From: Atribacterota bacterium
Lineage (GTDB): Bacteria; Atribacterota; Phoenicimicrobiia; Phoenicimicrobiales; Stramentimicrobiaceae
Assembly (NCBI GenBank): GCA_040767965.1
Contig: JAXGNR010000004.1
Coordinates: 256,001-320,000 of the forward strand
Length of the DNA stretch: 64,000 nt
Direction: 5' to 3'
Shown: positions 20,464 to 30,066 of the stretch, piece by piece
Layout: every line of letters starts with the position of its first letter
Numbering within the stretch: the stretch's first letter is position 1
Notes under the pieces: model-generated
The model's database searches: none
Told to the model about the DNA's origin: nothing
What the model saw: only the letters and a program-made list of their open reading frames with translations
Made by a program: the position numbers and the translations under genes

Positions 20464-21248
20464 CTAAAGGACTGGTTTCTGCAGGGTACGGATACTGAAA
20501 AAGCTAGATGAAAGGTCCAGATCATATTCAATTTCCTTGATATTCATCTGTGTCTGATGATTATCAGACAGATTAGTTATCTGCATTTTCATGGGAGTAA
20601 ATCTTCCCTCATCATCAAATTCTACTTCTTTTATCTCAAGGGTCTTGGTGTGCTGTCCGTTCAGGTCAAAGAATTCCACCTTTTCAACATAGAATTGTTC
20701 TTTATTGACATAGAGGATAAATTTAGTATAGGATAGCTCTTCATCATCAGGTATTATTTCAAGTACATATTGAGTATCGCTTTCTTTTAATAGTTCTTTG
20801 GTATAATTATCATTCTGATAGTCCATGCTAAGGTCTTCATAGGAGAAATCGGTTCCCATGAAGTTTTCCTGCTTGGAAGAGCCTGCAATCCTTCTGGGTT
20901 TTTGATAAGCAGGCATGTAAAGATATATCTTATCACCATTTTCAATACTCAATAATGTTACCCCCTCTACTGACTTGGGTGAGAGAAAGCGCATTAACAT
21001 GGTAATCTTATCATTTTCTTCTTCCTGTTCAAACATGATGATTTCCCTTCTTTCTTCTTTTCCCTCATTGTTGACTAAAACCATCTCAGCCTGGGTTTTA
21101 CTGTTTTTATACTCAGCCTGGTTTTCTTTTACTTTATCCATAATCTCATCAGCAGTCAGCTGAACTGCTCCAGCAGCTAAAGCAATGCTGCCAAACAAAG
21201 CAATAACAACTAATATAATAAAGCAAATATTATAATTTTGTTTAACAT
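20464..21248 (-). CDS. Outer membrane lipoprotein-sorting (LolA-like/DUF1329) protein, frameshifted in the signal peptide as given
   Basis: MRFLSPKSVEGVTLL, YLYMPA..KPRRIA, FMGTDFSYEDL. ATG at 21248 behind AAGGAGG is 1 nt out of frame with the body ORF (20464-21198). Confidence 0.82.
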
Positions 21249-21396
21249 TTTTTCCTCCTTGAATTTAACATTATTTAACAATATTGGTAATAATAGCAAA
21301 GTATATATTACACTTATTAGCATTACACTGGAAATAAGTTTTCCAAAGATTGAAATCATTTCAATCTTTGATAGAATAATATAATTAACCCTGCAG

Positions 21397-24021
21397 CTAC
21401 AGATATAGAGTTGAAAACAATGGCGCGTCGGTTCCGGTCATGGTATTTTTCATTGCGTCAATTCTATTATTCTTTTTTAATTCATCCTTATAACGATTTA
21501 TAAAATGGATAGTATAGTCAATACCGGCCCCAATGGCTACGCTTGCCACCATCATAGTGCCTATGTTCAGTGAGATATTTGTTATTCCCATAACACCAAA
21601 GGAAGTGAGGATAGTCAGTAATATGGGTATCATTGCAACAAGCCCAATCCAGATAGAACCGAACTGGAAAGATAATAATATAAATACTGCAACAAAAGCA
21701 GTCAACATACTTTTGATTTGTCCCTGGTAAACACTGTCATTTACCCGATTTGTAATAACGGGCATACCAGTAAGATTAAAAGAATAAGTAATTTCTCCGT
21801 CAGGATCAGCTACATAGACATAATCATCAGTCAGGTACCAGAGATAATTGAAATTATCCGGGCTTAGCTGAAAAGTTATCATACTGGATATTTGCTCATG
21901 GGCATACTGGATTTTCCTCTTCTCTCCTGCAATGGCAATAGAACTGTCAATGACATCTATTAAGTATTCAACGTCATATTCTGAGATATCCATCTGTTTT
22001 GTTAGCTCATTCATAAATAGTGTATCATCAAGATTGGATTGCAGGTATCTGGTGATAACAGGTTCTATCTCGATACCTGTTATACCGAAGTCTTCCAGCT
22101 CTAAAGATGATAAGCTGATTATTTCTTTGGTGAAGTCCTCATCTGCCTGGATAAACTCTATATCAGCAAGTCCGGCAATTCTAATCAGCTCTTCTTTTAA
22201 TTTTTCTATCGGTGCCTGATTAAAATCTATTCCATTTGCCTGCCAGGAGGTGATAATTTCTTCTGCAATATAGGGATAGTATTGCTCTCTTTCCTCAGGG
22301 GATAATTGATTTATGTCAATTTGTTTAACTGTCTTCGGAATTTGCTGGATAAATTCACTGACTTCCCGGATGGATTGTTCAACAACAAGAGAAGTCATCT
22401 CTTTTGAACGCACTTGCAGTACTGTGCTTTGACCATCATCTTTAATCATAGAATCAATAAATTCATTGCCTTCTGCAAAAAACCAGAGATTATCTATTTT
22501 AGCTGGATTGGCAGGAATAATCTTTTTATTTTCCATTGCCTCATTTAGCTGTGTTAAGAAGATACTAATGGAAGCTGGCTGAGAAAGAGAGGGCAATCTT
22601 TTGGCAAAGTTTTGAATTTTATCAATACTTCTTAATATATAAGGATGCTTGACATTTTCTGCTTCAGTATACACATATAAAAAATCAACGCCACCAAATT
22701 TGTTTTTAAAGTAATCCATGCTTTTTGTGATAGGATTATTCAAGCCTAACCTGGCTTCGATTGATGAGTCTGGTTTTACTTGAGTCACATAGAACCCTGA
22801 AATAATAACAACAACTATAATAATGCTAATAAGCAAACCCTTTTTCCTGACAATCGAATTTGCTAAAAAATTAAGAAAACTAGTTATCAAGTCTTCCGAA
22901 TGATGAGAGAAATTTTCCGGTACTTTTTTTGGAGCAAAGACACTAAAAATTGCCCCAAGGAAAAAAATTACCAGCAGAAATGCAACAAAAATTCCGATTG
23001 TGGCAAAAATCCCAAATTCGGTCATTGGTATAATGATAGCAGTAATAAGAGAAGCAAAACCAGCCATCGTAGTTAACGCACTCATCATAATAGGAACAAC
23101 TGAATATTCTATTGCCTTTTCAATAGCTTTTTCAGGAGCAAAATATTGCCTTTCTTCATAGTATCGACTGATAAAATGAATACCATATGCAGTTACCAGG
23201 GAGAGCATGACTACCGGAATTACTGATATAATAATAGTCACTGTTTTGCCGGAGGCAGCAATTGATCCCAGCAGTAAAAGAGAAGAGAGAATTGCAACCA
23301 GTGCCGGAAAGATTGTTCCTTGAATGCTTCTAAAGCTATAATATAAAAGAGCAAGAATAACAATAGCTGCAATTACTACTAAAGACATATTATCAGTAGC
23401 CATTTCAGTGATTTGTGCATCCATAATTGGATAGCCGTGGTATACAACATTTTTTCCATTTTCTAAATTTTCCTGTACAATGCCCTCAATTTCATTTTTT
23501 AGTATGGAACCATCAATTTCAGGCACAGATTCAACCATTAACAAGACTGCCTGACCGTCTGGTGATAAGTATGAGCCCAGGATCAATTCATCTTCATATG
23601 CATCTAGTTGCAGTTGTTGGGCTTCCTGTTGGGTTTTCGGAAAAACTTCAACAAATTCTCTTACTTCAATACCAAAGTCTGTTGCAATAATTTTGGGCAT
23701 GCTTAAGAATGAATTTACTGAATTAATATAATCAGATTTTTCCAGCTTTTCAGAAATATATTTAAAGTTTTGCAGGTTTTCTAATTTAAATAAATCATCA
23801 TATTCTATAGCAATCAGGATAATGTTTTCATCATTACTGCCAAACTTCTCTGAAATTTCTTTATAGAATTCAATTTCCGGATCACCTTCAGCCAGGTATT
23901 CAGTAATATCATCATCTACTATTAAGTTTCTGATTTGAGATAAGCTGAATATGCTTAAAATGATCGTGATAACTATAATTAATTTTGCATATTTTCTAAT
24001 AAAAGATGCCATTTTTTTCAT
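21397..24021 (-). CDS. MMPL/RND family transporter; last transmembrane helices continue past the stop via frameshifts to about 21250
   Basis: Two TM repeats: YGIHFISRY..SALTTMAGFASL and VAIGAGIDYTIHFINRY. Out-of-frame continuation RAIVFNSISVAAG..SIFGKLIS..TLLLLPILL. Confidence 0.88.
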   Translation of the reverse strand: MKKMASFIRKYAKLIIVITIILSIFSLSQIRNLIVDDDITEYLAEGDPEIEFYKEISEKFGSNDENIILIAIEYDDLFKLENLQNFKYISEKLEKSDYINSVNSFLSMPKIIATDFGIEVREFVEVFPKTQQEAQQLQLDAYEDELILGSYLSPDGQAVLLMVESVPEIDGSILKNEIEGIVQENLENGKNVVYHGYPIMDAQITEMATDNMSLVVIAAIVILALLYYSFRSIQGTIFPALVAILSSLLLLGSIAASGKTVTIIISVIPVVMLSLVTAYGIHFISRYYEERQYFAPEKAIEKAIEYSVVPIMMSALTTMAGFASLITAIIIPMTEFGIFATIGIFVAFLLVIFFLGAIFSVFAPKKVPENFSHHSEDLITSFLNFLANSIVRKKGLLISIIIVVVIISGFYVTQVKPDSSIEARLGLNNPITKSMDYFKNKFGGVDFLYVYTEAENVKHPYILRSIDKIQNFAKRLPSLSQPASISIFLTQLNEAMENKKIIPANPAKIDNLWFFAEGNEFIDSMIKDDGQSTVLQVRSKEMTSLVVEQSIREVSEFIQQIPKTVKQIDINQLSPEEREQYYPYIAEEIITSWQANGIDFNQAPIEKLKEELIRIAGLADIEFIQADEDFTKEIISLSSLELEDFGITGIEIEPVITRYLQSNLDDTLFMNELTKQMDISEYDVEYLIDVIDSSIAIAGEKRKIQYAHEQISSMITFQLSPDNFNYLWYLTDDYVYVADPDGEITYSFNLTGMPVITNRVNDSVYQGQIKSMLTAFVAVFILLSFQFGSIWIGLVAMIPILLTILTSFGVMGITNISLNIGTMMVASVAIGAGIDYTIHFINRYKDELKKNNRIDAMKNTMTGTDAPLFSTLYL

Positions 24022-24061
24022 ATATAAACTCCGTTTTTGCATTTATTTTCAGGGAAAAAGA

Positions 24062-24676
24062 TTAATTAATCATTAAATCACTATCATCTTTAATAAGGCC
24101 CGAAATGATGAATTTTGACATCATATTTACTACTTCATCTGTAGAATAAGGAAGTTGAGCAATTGTTTCCGGGTTTATTACAGTTTGAATAGTATTTAGA
24201 ATCAGCAAAACTAAGATGTTGATGTCAATATCCTGGCGGATAGCACCTTCCTTTTTTGCCTTAAAGATTAGCTCCTCCAGCTTCTTATTGATTGTTTTTT
24301 CTCTAAGATTCTTTATTTTTTGCCATGCCTCCGGGTTGCTTTTGCTAATATCTTTAAAAGCATAAATATTGAATATTGCTAGTTGTTCTTGAATTAAACC
24401 AATAAACATTTTTAGCGTACCCAGCCCTTGAGTGTTTTGATTAGTCGTAATTTGGTTAAGTTTATTTTGAAATTCCTGAAAAAAATCTTTGATTACTGCT
24501 TTTAATAAAAAATCTTTACTTTTAAATAATTGATAAATAGTTCTTTTACTCATATTTAATTCTTCAGCTATTTCATCCATGGTTATTTTGGAGAAACCTA
24601 CACCAAAGAACAATCTTCTGGAAGCCAGGAGAATTTTTTTTCTTGTATAAATTTGTTTTTCTTGTAAAGTATCCAT
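24062..24676 (-). CDS. TetR/AcrR family transcriptional regulator
   Basis: HTH: LFFGVGFSKITMDEIAEELNMSKRTIYQLFKSK. Confidence 0.92.
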   Translation of the reverse strand: MDTLQEKQIYTRKKILLASRRLFFGVGFSKITMDEIAEELNMSKRTIYQLFKSKDFLLKAVIKDFFQEFQNKLNQITTNQNTQGLGTLKMFIGLIQEQLAIFNIYAFKDISKSNPEAWQKIKNLREKTINKKLEELIFKAKKEGAIRQDIDINILVLLILNTIQTVINPETIAQLPYSTDEVVNMMSKFIISGLIKDDSDLMIN

Positions 24677-24695
24677 AATATTAACCAATAATTAT

Positions 24696-24759
24696 AAAAC
24701 TATATAAGTTTTTATAGTTTTCTTGGATAAATAATAGAAGATATCTGCTTTGTTGTCAA
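24696..24759 (-). promoter_or_regulatory. Promoter plus palindromic operator for the tetR-mmpL operon
   Basis: Minus-strand TTGACA (24759-24754)-17 nt-TATTAT (24736-24731). Palindrome AAAACTATA-N8-TATAGTTTT (24696-24721) lies just downstream of the predicted start site. Confidence 0.65.
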
Positions 24760-24821
24760 ATTTATTGTCAAATATTTTCTAATGAAGATGTATCTCTATC
24801 TTCAGATTATTCCTTAAGTAT

Positions 24822-24850
24822 TTGACAGAGTTTCCTGAATTACCTAAAAT
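24822..24850 (+). promoter_or_regulatory. Putative sigma70-type promoter of the yicC operon
   Basis: TTGACA-17 nt-TAAAAT. Confidence 0.65.
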
Positions 24851-24884
24851 AATTGTAAAATCATCTCATTGAAAGGAGAATTCT

Positions 24885-25760
24885 TTGGTAAAAAGCATGA
24901 CTGGTTTTGGAGTAGGTGAATTTGAAGTAAATGGCATTAAATCCAAAGTAGAGATAAAATCAATTAACAATCGCTATTGTGACATTAAAGTAAAAATGCC
25001 TCTTCAATCTTTGGATATTTTACAAAGAATTGAAAATATTATTCAGCAGAAAATTAGCCGAGGGAGCATTAATGTCTTAATAAAAACTGAAATAAGCAGT
25101 GAAAAAATTACAAATATAAAATTGAATGAAGAGTTATTGCAGTCTTATTTAAAATCTTTTCAGAGATTAAAAGAAATAACTCAGATAGATGAAGAAATTA
25201 CCCTTGATTCTCTATTACGCTATAAAGAGATTTTTGAATTTGTAAAAGAAGACGAAGGTGAAGATTTGTGGGAATCTATCAAGATATCCCTGGAAACAGC
25301 AATGGAAAAACTTGCAGAAAGTAGAGAAATTGAAGGAGATAAACTGATTAAAGATATTTTAAAAAGATTAGATAAAATGAAGGTTATTATTTTAGAAATT
25401 GAAAAAAATAAAAACCAGTATCTGCAAAACTATCAGGAAAAATTAGAGGAAAAAATTTTTCAAATCGGCCAAAATATTTCTTTAGAACAAGGAAGAGTAG
25501 AGATGGAAGTATCTATTCTGGCGCAGAAAAGTGACATTACGGAAGAAATTATTAGACTAAAAAGTCATTTAAGTCAGCTAAAAAAAATAGCAAAAAATGT
25601 TAATCCCATTGGAAGAAAAATTGAATTTTATGTGCAGGAAGTTGGAAGAGAGATAAATACTATTGGTGCCAAAACTAATGATAAAATCATCTCTTCAAGA
25701 GTTATAAAATTAAAAGAAGAACTAGAAAAAATTAAAGAACAAGCAAGAAATATTGAATAA
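24885..25760 (+). CDS. yicC: YicC/YloC family endoribonuclease
   Basis: KSMTGFG, EIKSINNRYCD, DITEEIIRLKSH, GRKIEF..QE..REINTIGAK, KEQARNIE. TTG start after AAGGAG. Confidence 0.93.
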   Translation: MVKSMTGFGVGEFEVNGIKSKVEIKSINNRYCDIKVKMPLQSLDILQRIENIIQQKISRGSINVLIKTEISSEKITNIKLNEELLQSYLKSFQRLKEITQIDEEITLDSLLRYKEIFEFVKEDEGEDLWESIKISLETAMEKLAESREIEGDKLIKDILKRLDKMKVIILEIEKNKNQYLQNYQEKLEEKIFQIGQNISLEQGRVEMEVSILAQKSDITEEIIRLKSHLSQLKKIAKNVNPIGRKIEFYVQEVGREINTIGAKTNDKIISSRVIKLKEELEKIKEQARNIE

Positions 25761-25775
25761 TGCAGGAGAATGATG

Positions 25776-26036
25776 ATGAGTTTTTTTATGATGAATATAG
25801 GTTTTGGAAATTTTGTAAATTCTGACCGGGTGATAGCGATTCTGGATCCGGATTCAGCTCCAATGAAAAGATTAAGAGAAGAAGCCAAACAGTCTAAAAA
25901 ATTAATTAATGCTACCTATGGCAGAAGAACTCGTTCTGTCCTGATTACAGATAGTAATCAGGTGGTTCTATCTGCTCTTCAACCGGAGACTATAATCAAT
26001 AGATTAACAAGTTACCAGAAAAAAGAGAATAACTAA
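25776..26036 (+). CDS. remA: RemA/DUF370 family regulator
   Basis: [32 protein letters not shown]. Confidence 0.92.
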   Translation: MSFFMMNIGFGNFVNSDRVIAILDPDSAPMKRLREEAKQSKKLINATYGRRTRSVLITDSNQVVLSALQPETIINRLTSYQKKENN

Positions 26037-26040
26037 AATA

Positions 26041-26634
26041 ATGGATACAATGATAGATAAACCAAAAGGGCATTTATTTGTCATTTCCGGACCTTCAGGG
26101 GTAGGCAAGGGAACTTTAAGAGAAAAATTGTTTAAAAATGTTCCCAATTTAAATTATTCCATTTCGCTTACTACCAGAAGACCAAGAAAAAATGAAGAAG
26201 ATGGGGTAGATTATTTTTTTGTAAATGAGGAAACATTTAAAGAGTATATAAGGGAAAATAAGTTTGCTGAATGGGCTTTAGTGCATGGCGATTACAAGGG
26301 CACTCTTTTAAGCACAATAGAAAAAAATTTACAACAGGGGAAAGACTTAGTCCTGGAGATTGATGTGCAGGGAGCTATAAATCTGAAAGAAAAATTTCCA
26401 GAAGGTGTTTTTATATTCATTGCTCCACCATCCTGGGAGCAGCTGGAGAACAGATTAAGAGGTAGAAACACTGAAAAAGAAGAAGATTTAAAAAAAAGAT
26501 TAGCAGATGCACATAACGAGATGCAGCAAATTAAACATTATGACTATCTGGTAATCAATAATTATTTACCTGAAGCATTAAAAGAATTGGAAGCGATTAT
26601 TATTAGTGAGAGATGCAAGATAAGAGGAGAATAG
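26041..26634 (+). CDS. gmk: Guanylate kinase
   Basis: SGPSGVGKGT, TTRRPR..EEDGVDYFF, LEIDVQGA, IFIAPPS. Confidence 0.96.
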   Translation: MDTMIDKPKGHLFVISGPSGVGKGTLREKLFKNVPNLNYSISLTTRRPRKNEEDGVDYFFVNEETFKEYIRENKFAEWALVHGDYKGTLLSTIEKNLQQGKDLVLEIDVQGAINLKEKFPEGVFIFIAPPSWEQLENRLRGRNTEKEEDLKKRLADAHNEMQQIKHYDYLVINNYLPEALKELEAIIISERCKIRGE

Positions 26635-26776
26635 TCTGTAATTTTTTTTAATATATTTAAAGTATTGCACAAGAATAGGTAAGTAGCATTTTTATAAGAT
26701 ATTATATATAATAAGATGTTCAAAATAATTACCCTTAATAAAAAACTATATTAAAATAAGATCGGTATTCTATATT

Positions 26777-28021
26777 ATGAGATTTACAGATAAAAATAAA
26801 AACCAAAAAACCAATATTGTTCTTGGAGTAACTGGCGGCATAGCAGCTTATAAGAGTGCAGAATTAGTAAGATTGCTGAAAAAAGATGGTTTTAATGTAC
26901 GAATAATAATGACAAAAAATGCCCGGCAATTTATTACTCCACTTACCTTAGCAGTTTTATCTGAAAATAAAGTATACACAGAACTGTTTTCTAAAGACCA
27001 GGAAGATGAAGAAATAAGACATATTTCTTTAGCTCATTGGGCTGATCTTTTTGTAATTGCACCTGCTACAGCAAATGTAATTGCCAAAATAGCACTGGGA
27101 ATGGCTGATGATTTGTTGACATCTTCTATACTGGCATTCCAGGGGCCGGTTATATTTGCTCCGTCAATGAATACTGTCATGATCAGCAATTCTTTATATT
27201 TAAAAAATGCTGACACTCTTATCAGCAAAGGATATAGCTTTATAGATGCTGAAAAAGGTGTGCTAGCTTGTGGTGATTATGGCAGTGGTCGCCTGGCTGA
27301 TCCAGTTAAAATTGTTAATTATATTAAAAAAAAGATTAACCCAGAACTTTTTTTGGCAGATAAAAAAATATTAATCACAGCCTCAGCAACCAGAGAGCCT
27401 ATTGATGATATTCGATTTATTTCAAATCCCTCGACTGGTAAAATGGGATTTGCGTTAGCACAAGCAGCCCGAGATAGAGGGGCACAGGTAACATTAATTA
27501 CCGGGCCTACTAATTTGCAGGATATAACAGGAATAAAAACAATACATATTACAACTGCTTCAGAAATGTATGAACAGGTAGAATTTTTTTTTGATAGTAC
27601 TGATATATTTATTTCTGCGGCAGCAGTGACTGATTTTAAGCCTATTAATTATGTTGCAGGAAAAATTAAAAAAGATTTAGTGCAAAATATGAATTTGCAA
27701 CTTGAAAAAAATATTGATATTCTTAAAACTGTCAGTAAAAAAAAGGAAAAGCAAATCTTGGTTGGTTTTGCGGCTGAAGTACAGGATTTGCTTACAAATG
27801 CATGCAGTAAGTTGAAATCTAAGAATTTAGATTTTATAGTCGCTAATGATGTGAGTAGAATCGATAGCGGGTTTGCAGTTGATACTAATAAAGTATTTTT
27901 AATTGATAAAGATAATAATCAGATTGAATTTCCTTTGCTGACAAAACTTGAGCTTGCAGAGCGTATTTTCGATTGTCTGCAAGAGTATTTAAAAAAGCAG
28001 AACAATGGTTTTACAGAATAA
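26777..28021 (+). CDS. coaBC: Phosphopantothenoylcysteine decarboxylase/synthetase
   Basis: GVTGGIAAYK, APATAN, APSMN, LACGDYGSGRL, RFISNPSTGKMG, AAAVTDF, VGFAAE. Confidence 0.96.
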   Translation: MRFTDKNKNQKTNIVLGVTGGIAAYKSAELVRLLKKDGFNVRIIMTKNARQFITPLTLAVLSENKVYTELFSKDQEDEEIRHISLAHWADLFVIAPATANVIAKIALGMADDLLTSSILAFQGPVIFAPSMNTVMISNSLYLKNADTLISKGYSFIDAEKGVLACGDYGSGRLADPVKIVNYIKKKINPELFLADKKILITASATREPIDDIRFISNPSTGKMGFALAQAARDRGAQVTLITGPTNLQDITGIKTIHITTASEMYEQVEFFFDSTDIFISAAAVTDFKPINYVAGKIKKDLVQNMNLQLEKNIDILKTVSKKKEKQILVGFAAEVQDLLTNACSKLKSKNLDFIVANDVSRIDSGFAVDTNKVFLIDKDNNQIEFPLLTKLELAERIFDCLQEYLKKQNNGFTE

Positions 28022-30057
28022 TGAACAATAAAAATAATGTCGCAGAGGTAATTCCTCTAAAGATGCCTTTAGAAAAGATTTTTCATTATCTAGTACCTGC
28101 TGATTTAACTGAAAAAACGAAAATTGGTCAAAGAGTAAAAATATCTTTCGGTAATCAGGAAAGACTTGGAATAATAATTAACCTGACCAGTAAGTCTGAT
28201 GTGGAAAATCTTAAAGAGATAAAAGAAATTGTTGACATTTTCCCCTTAGTATCCCCTGCAGTTATTCAGCTAATAAATTGGATTTCAGAATATTATTTAT
28301 GTCCAAAAGGAGTTATCTACAATCATATTATACCTTCTAAATTATCCAAAAAGAAAACTATTTCAATTTTAAATGGCTTTCCAGAGTTTAAAAATAAGAA
28401 TATAAAGATGAATTACCCGGAAAGTGAAGCAAATTCTATAATAGTTAATTGTGAGAAGAATGAAGATAAAAATGATTCTGATAGAGCTAGAACAATACTA
28501 TTTCAATATCAAAATCTGTTAACAAGAGACAGATATTATCAAAAGCTGATTGATAGTACATTAAAAAAAGGCAAACAAATTTTAATCCTGGTCCCGGACC
28601 AGTGGAGCTATTCTCAGTTCAAGAAAAAATTAAATAAAAAATATGGGGAAATAGCAGGTCTTTTCGATAAAAAAGTAACACAGACAGAAAAATATTTACG
28701 CTTTTTGAAAGTAGCATCTGGGGAAATAAAAATAGTATTAGGAACCAGGTCTAATATCTTCTTACCTTTTCAAAAATTAGGACTTATCATAGTGGATCAG
28801 GAAAATTCTGCTTTATACAAAGAAGAAAGAAGCCCCAGATATAATGCTAAAAAAGTTGCTCTAGCCAGAGGAGCCATAGAGAATTTTCCAATTATTTTAG
28901 GAAGCTCTGCTCCGGCAATAGAAAGTTATCAACAAGTCCTGGTAAAAAATTATCAACTAAAAAGAGAAAAGGATACTTTTCAAAATCTTTCAAAATTACC
29001 GAAGATAGAAATTATTAATATGGAAGAAGAAAAGTCTTTTCAAAGAATAATTAGTTTTAAATTGCAACAATCAATTATACAATGCTTAAGACAAAAAGAA
29101 AAAATAATTTTATTCATAAACAGGAGAGGTTTTGCAGGTTATCTTATTTGCTCTCATTGTGGAAATGTAGTAAAATGTCCTGATTGTGGGAATCTATTAT
29201 CTTACCATCTGGAAAATAATAAAGATATGGTTCTTTGTCATGAATGTGGTAAAAAAATACCAATGAAAAAGAAATGTTCTCATTGCGGAAGAGTAAAAAT
29301 AAAACCACTGGGGTTTGGTACTCAACATGCTGAAGTTTTAATCAAAAGAATGTTTCCAAGAGCAATTATCCGCAGATTAGATATAGATGTAGCACCAAAG
29401 AGGATTATGCAAAAAAAAATTGTTAATGAATTTAACAAAGGAGAAATAGACATCCTGATTGGTACTCAATTGATATTTCAAGAAATTAACTTTGAAAAAG
29501 CAGGCTTATTAGCTTTGCTGTTTGCTGATCATATGCTTAATATTACCGATTATAGTTCAGCTGAACTATCTTATCAGTTTATAAAGAAATTAATCCTCTT
29601 TTTAACCCAAAAAGAGAAAGAGAAAAGCCTGATTATTCAAACCTATCAGCCTGATCATTATATTTTTGAGGCTATAAAAAACAGAGATTATAATTATTTT
29701 TACCAGGAAGAAACTAAAATTAGGAGAGAACTAGATTACCCGCCTTTTACAAAAATTATTAAAATAGATTTTTTTGGGGAAAAAGAAGAAAAAGTAAAAC
29801 AGGAAGCAGTTTGCTTTTTGGAATTTTTAGAAAAATCAGCATTGCTGGATAAATCAGGATTAGACGCTGCTATAAACAAAGATAACTTGGCTGTTATTAA
29901 AGAAAAAGAAAAAAACAAAATAATTTTTACATTAAAAGTAGATTTAACCAAAAACGATTTGGCTACTCTAAAGAGGAGTTTATTAAAATATAATATCAAA
30001 AATCAATTCTCTGAAGTTAGAATGACAATTGATATTGATCCTATAAAGATGTCTTAG
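28021..30057 (+). CDS. priA: Primosomal protein N' (PriA) with degenerate ATPase motifs
   Basis: N-terminal 3'-binding domain (FHYLVP..GQRVKISFG), GTRS.IFLP, PRYNA, INRRGFA, four CXXC pairs, IDIDP end. TAATG overlap with coaBC. Confidence 0.92.
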   Translation: MNNKNNVAEVIPLKMPLEKIFHYLVPADLTEKTKIGQRVKISFGNQERLGIIINLTSKSDVENLKEIKEIVDIFPLVSPAVIQLINWISEYYLCPKGVIYNHIIPSKLSKKKTISILNGFPEFKNKNIKMNYPESEANSIIVNCEKNEDKNDSDRARTILFQYQNLLTRDRYYQKLIDSTLKKGKQILILVPDQWSYSQFKKKLNKKYGEIAGLFDKKVTQTEKYLRFLKVASGEIKIVLGTRSNIFLPFQKLGLIIVDQENSALYKEERSPRYNAKKVALARGAIENFPIILGSSAPAIESYQQVLVKNYQLKREKDTFQNLSKLPKIEIINMEEEKSFQRIISFKLQQSIIQCLRQKEKIILFINRRGFAGYLICSHCGNVVKCPDCGNLLSYHLENNKDMVLCHECGKKIPMKKKCSHCGRVKIKPLGFGTQHAEVLIKRMFPRAIIRRLDIDVAPKRIMQKKIVNEFNKGEIDILIGTQLIFQEINFEKAGLLALLFADHMLNITDYSSAELSYQFIKKLILFLTQKEKEKSLIIQTYQPDHYIFEAIKNRDYNYFYQEETKIRRELDYPPFTKIIKIDFFGEKEEKVKQEAVCFLEFLEKSALLDKSGLDAAINKDNLAVIKEKEKNKIIFTLKVDLTKNDLATLKRSLLKYNIKNQFSEVRMTIDIDPIKMS

Positions 30058-30066
30058 GAGGATAAA

